A stretch of 60,960 nucleotides of DNA, the filler included, from Sphacelaria rigidula (Eukaryota), in assembly GCA_964200075.2 (NCBI GenBank). It is 2 parts of 2 records of this genome, joined end to end, with 100 filler letters (N's around TTAATTAATTAA, not from the genome) between each part and the next. Parts side by side here need not be neighbours in the genome. Positions count along the whole stretch, not along the records: positions 30,550 to 60,960 come from CAXNAA020000062.1; 1 more part is not named here. The stretch is one strand, 5' to 3'. The stretch's first letter is position 1; each line of letters starts with the position of its first letter. The notes beneath the pieces were generated by a model, which made no database searches, had not been told where the DNA came from, and saw only the letters and a program-made list of their open reading frames with translations. This document shows, piece after piece, positions 60,047 to 60,960 of the stretch. Both the position numbers and the translations under genes were made by a program.

Positions 60047-60243
60047 GGCCGTGTGTTATCAAATTTCTTTCGACTCGAAAACGTGCGGTGGAATATCATT
60101 AATTTTGTTCGTACCTGATACGTCCTCGGCATTCATCTTCTCTCAACCATATGAGAAAATAAATAACCTGGACGTTATCAGATACAGGCGAATTCGATTC
60201 GACCGCACGTTTTCGACACCAATTACTTGTATAAGACACGGCC
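60047..60243. mobile_element. Tourist-like MITE, same terminal motif
   Basis: GGCCGTGT...ACACGGCC termini, internal inverted TCGAAAACGTGCGGT/ACCGCACGTTTTCGA, 3 bp duplication TCA on both sides. Confidence 0.75.
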
Positions 60244-60417
60244 TCAGGGCAACTATTAATCTTCGTATCGCCAAAAGTGAGAGTGGGGGAAACAATCCGA
60301 TGAGGATGCGAAAAGGGACATAAAACGGTTGCCATGACTGGGCTGTTCGGCTTTTCACAGCTGGCTTTCCCACCACCAGCGGTAGCCACGCTGTCTTTAT
60401 TCCCATCGCCAGCATTG

Positions 60418-60846
60418 AACACGGGGTTTTACAAATTGGGGATGGATTTCTTTATTGAGGATGAACCTTGCGAAGCTTCATACGCATCCAAATATTTTCG
60501 AAAAAGGGAGACCAAATGCACTCTCCGCCTGTGATGCGTAGTCTCACTCATCCTGAAAAAAGTCCATCTGAAATTGATAAAATCCGGGTTTTTTATACCG
60601 AACAATGTCGTCCTCCGGTCATGCCGGCGCAAAAATTGTTAATTTTTTTCCAAATATACTAAAAACACGGGATATTTTTCAAATTGCGGGTGTTTTTTTT
60701 TTCCCTTTAGAGGGGTGAACGAGGGCGCAGATAACGGCCCGGAGAGTGCATTTATATTTCTTTTTCGAAAATATTTCGATACTTATGAAATTTCTCAAGG
60801 TTCATCCCCAATGGAACTCCATCCCCACTTTGTAAAATCCCGTGTT
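60418..60846. mobile_element. Foldback element of the AACACGGG family
   Basis: ~110 bp inverted arms AACACGGGGTTTTACAAATTGGGGATGGA ... TCCATCCCCACTTTGTAAAATCCCGTGTT; related to 3280-4129. Confidence 0.75.
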
Positions 60847-60960
60847 ATTGGATTTCATCTTCAGTACAGTATCACTACCCCCCCCCCCCCAGTTCCAGAT
60901 GCCTCTAGGAGTGCTGCTACAAGAAAAAACAACAACTCATTGTAAGCTTCACTACTACTG

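Noticed and set aside
55000-60400. Candidate upstream exons for the 54.4-54.8 kb exon (e.g. ~55283-55331, ~59890-59997)
   Set aside because: I could not build a phase-consistent model or recognise a domain.

Overview
Intron-rich eukaryotic DNA, most consistent with a brown alga (Phaeophyceae/stramenopile) from exon/intron style, repeats and TTAGGG-like tracts. It is two contigs joined by an artificial N/TTAATTAATTAA spacer at 30450-30549. Left contig: the 5' part of a proline-rich gene with a Sec23/24-type zinc knuckle (minus strand, runs off the window start), and a 13+ exon ankyrin-repeat/4-TM gene (plus strand) with three GC-AG introns, one repeat per exon and a Ty1/copia remnant in one intron. 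Right contig: 27 hand-traced exons of the RNA polymerase I largest subunit RPA1 (minus strand, 3' end lost in the gap), a divergent small Sel1/TPR-like CaaX ORF, the last exon of an unidentified membrane-protein gene, and several MITEs. Main findings: (1) what look like tandem repeats in RPA1 introns are same-strand box C/D snoRNA clusters (6 families, 14 apparently intact copies plus decayed ones) with 10-14 nt guides to conserved rRNA sites; (2) RPA1 carries an in-frame Tudor/Agenet-like insertion; (3) the ankyrin protein ends in a DUF679/DMP-like 4-TM module. All calls are by eye and rRNA positions are recalled, not computed.
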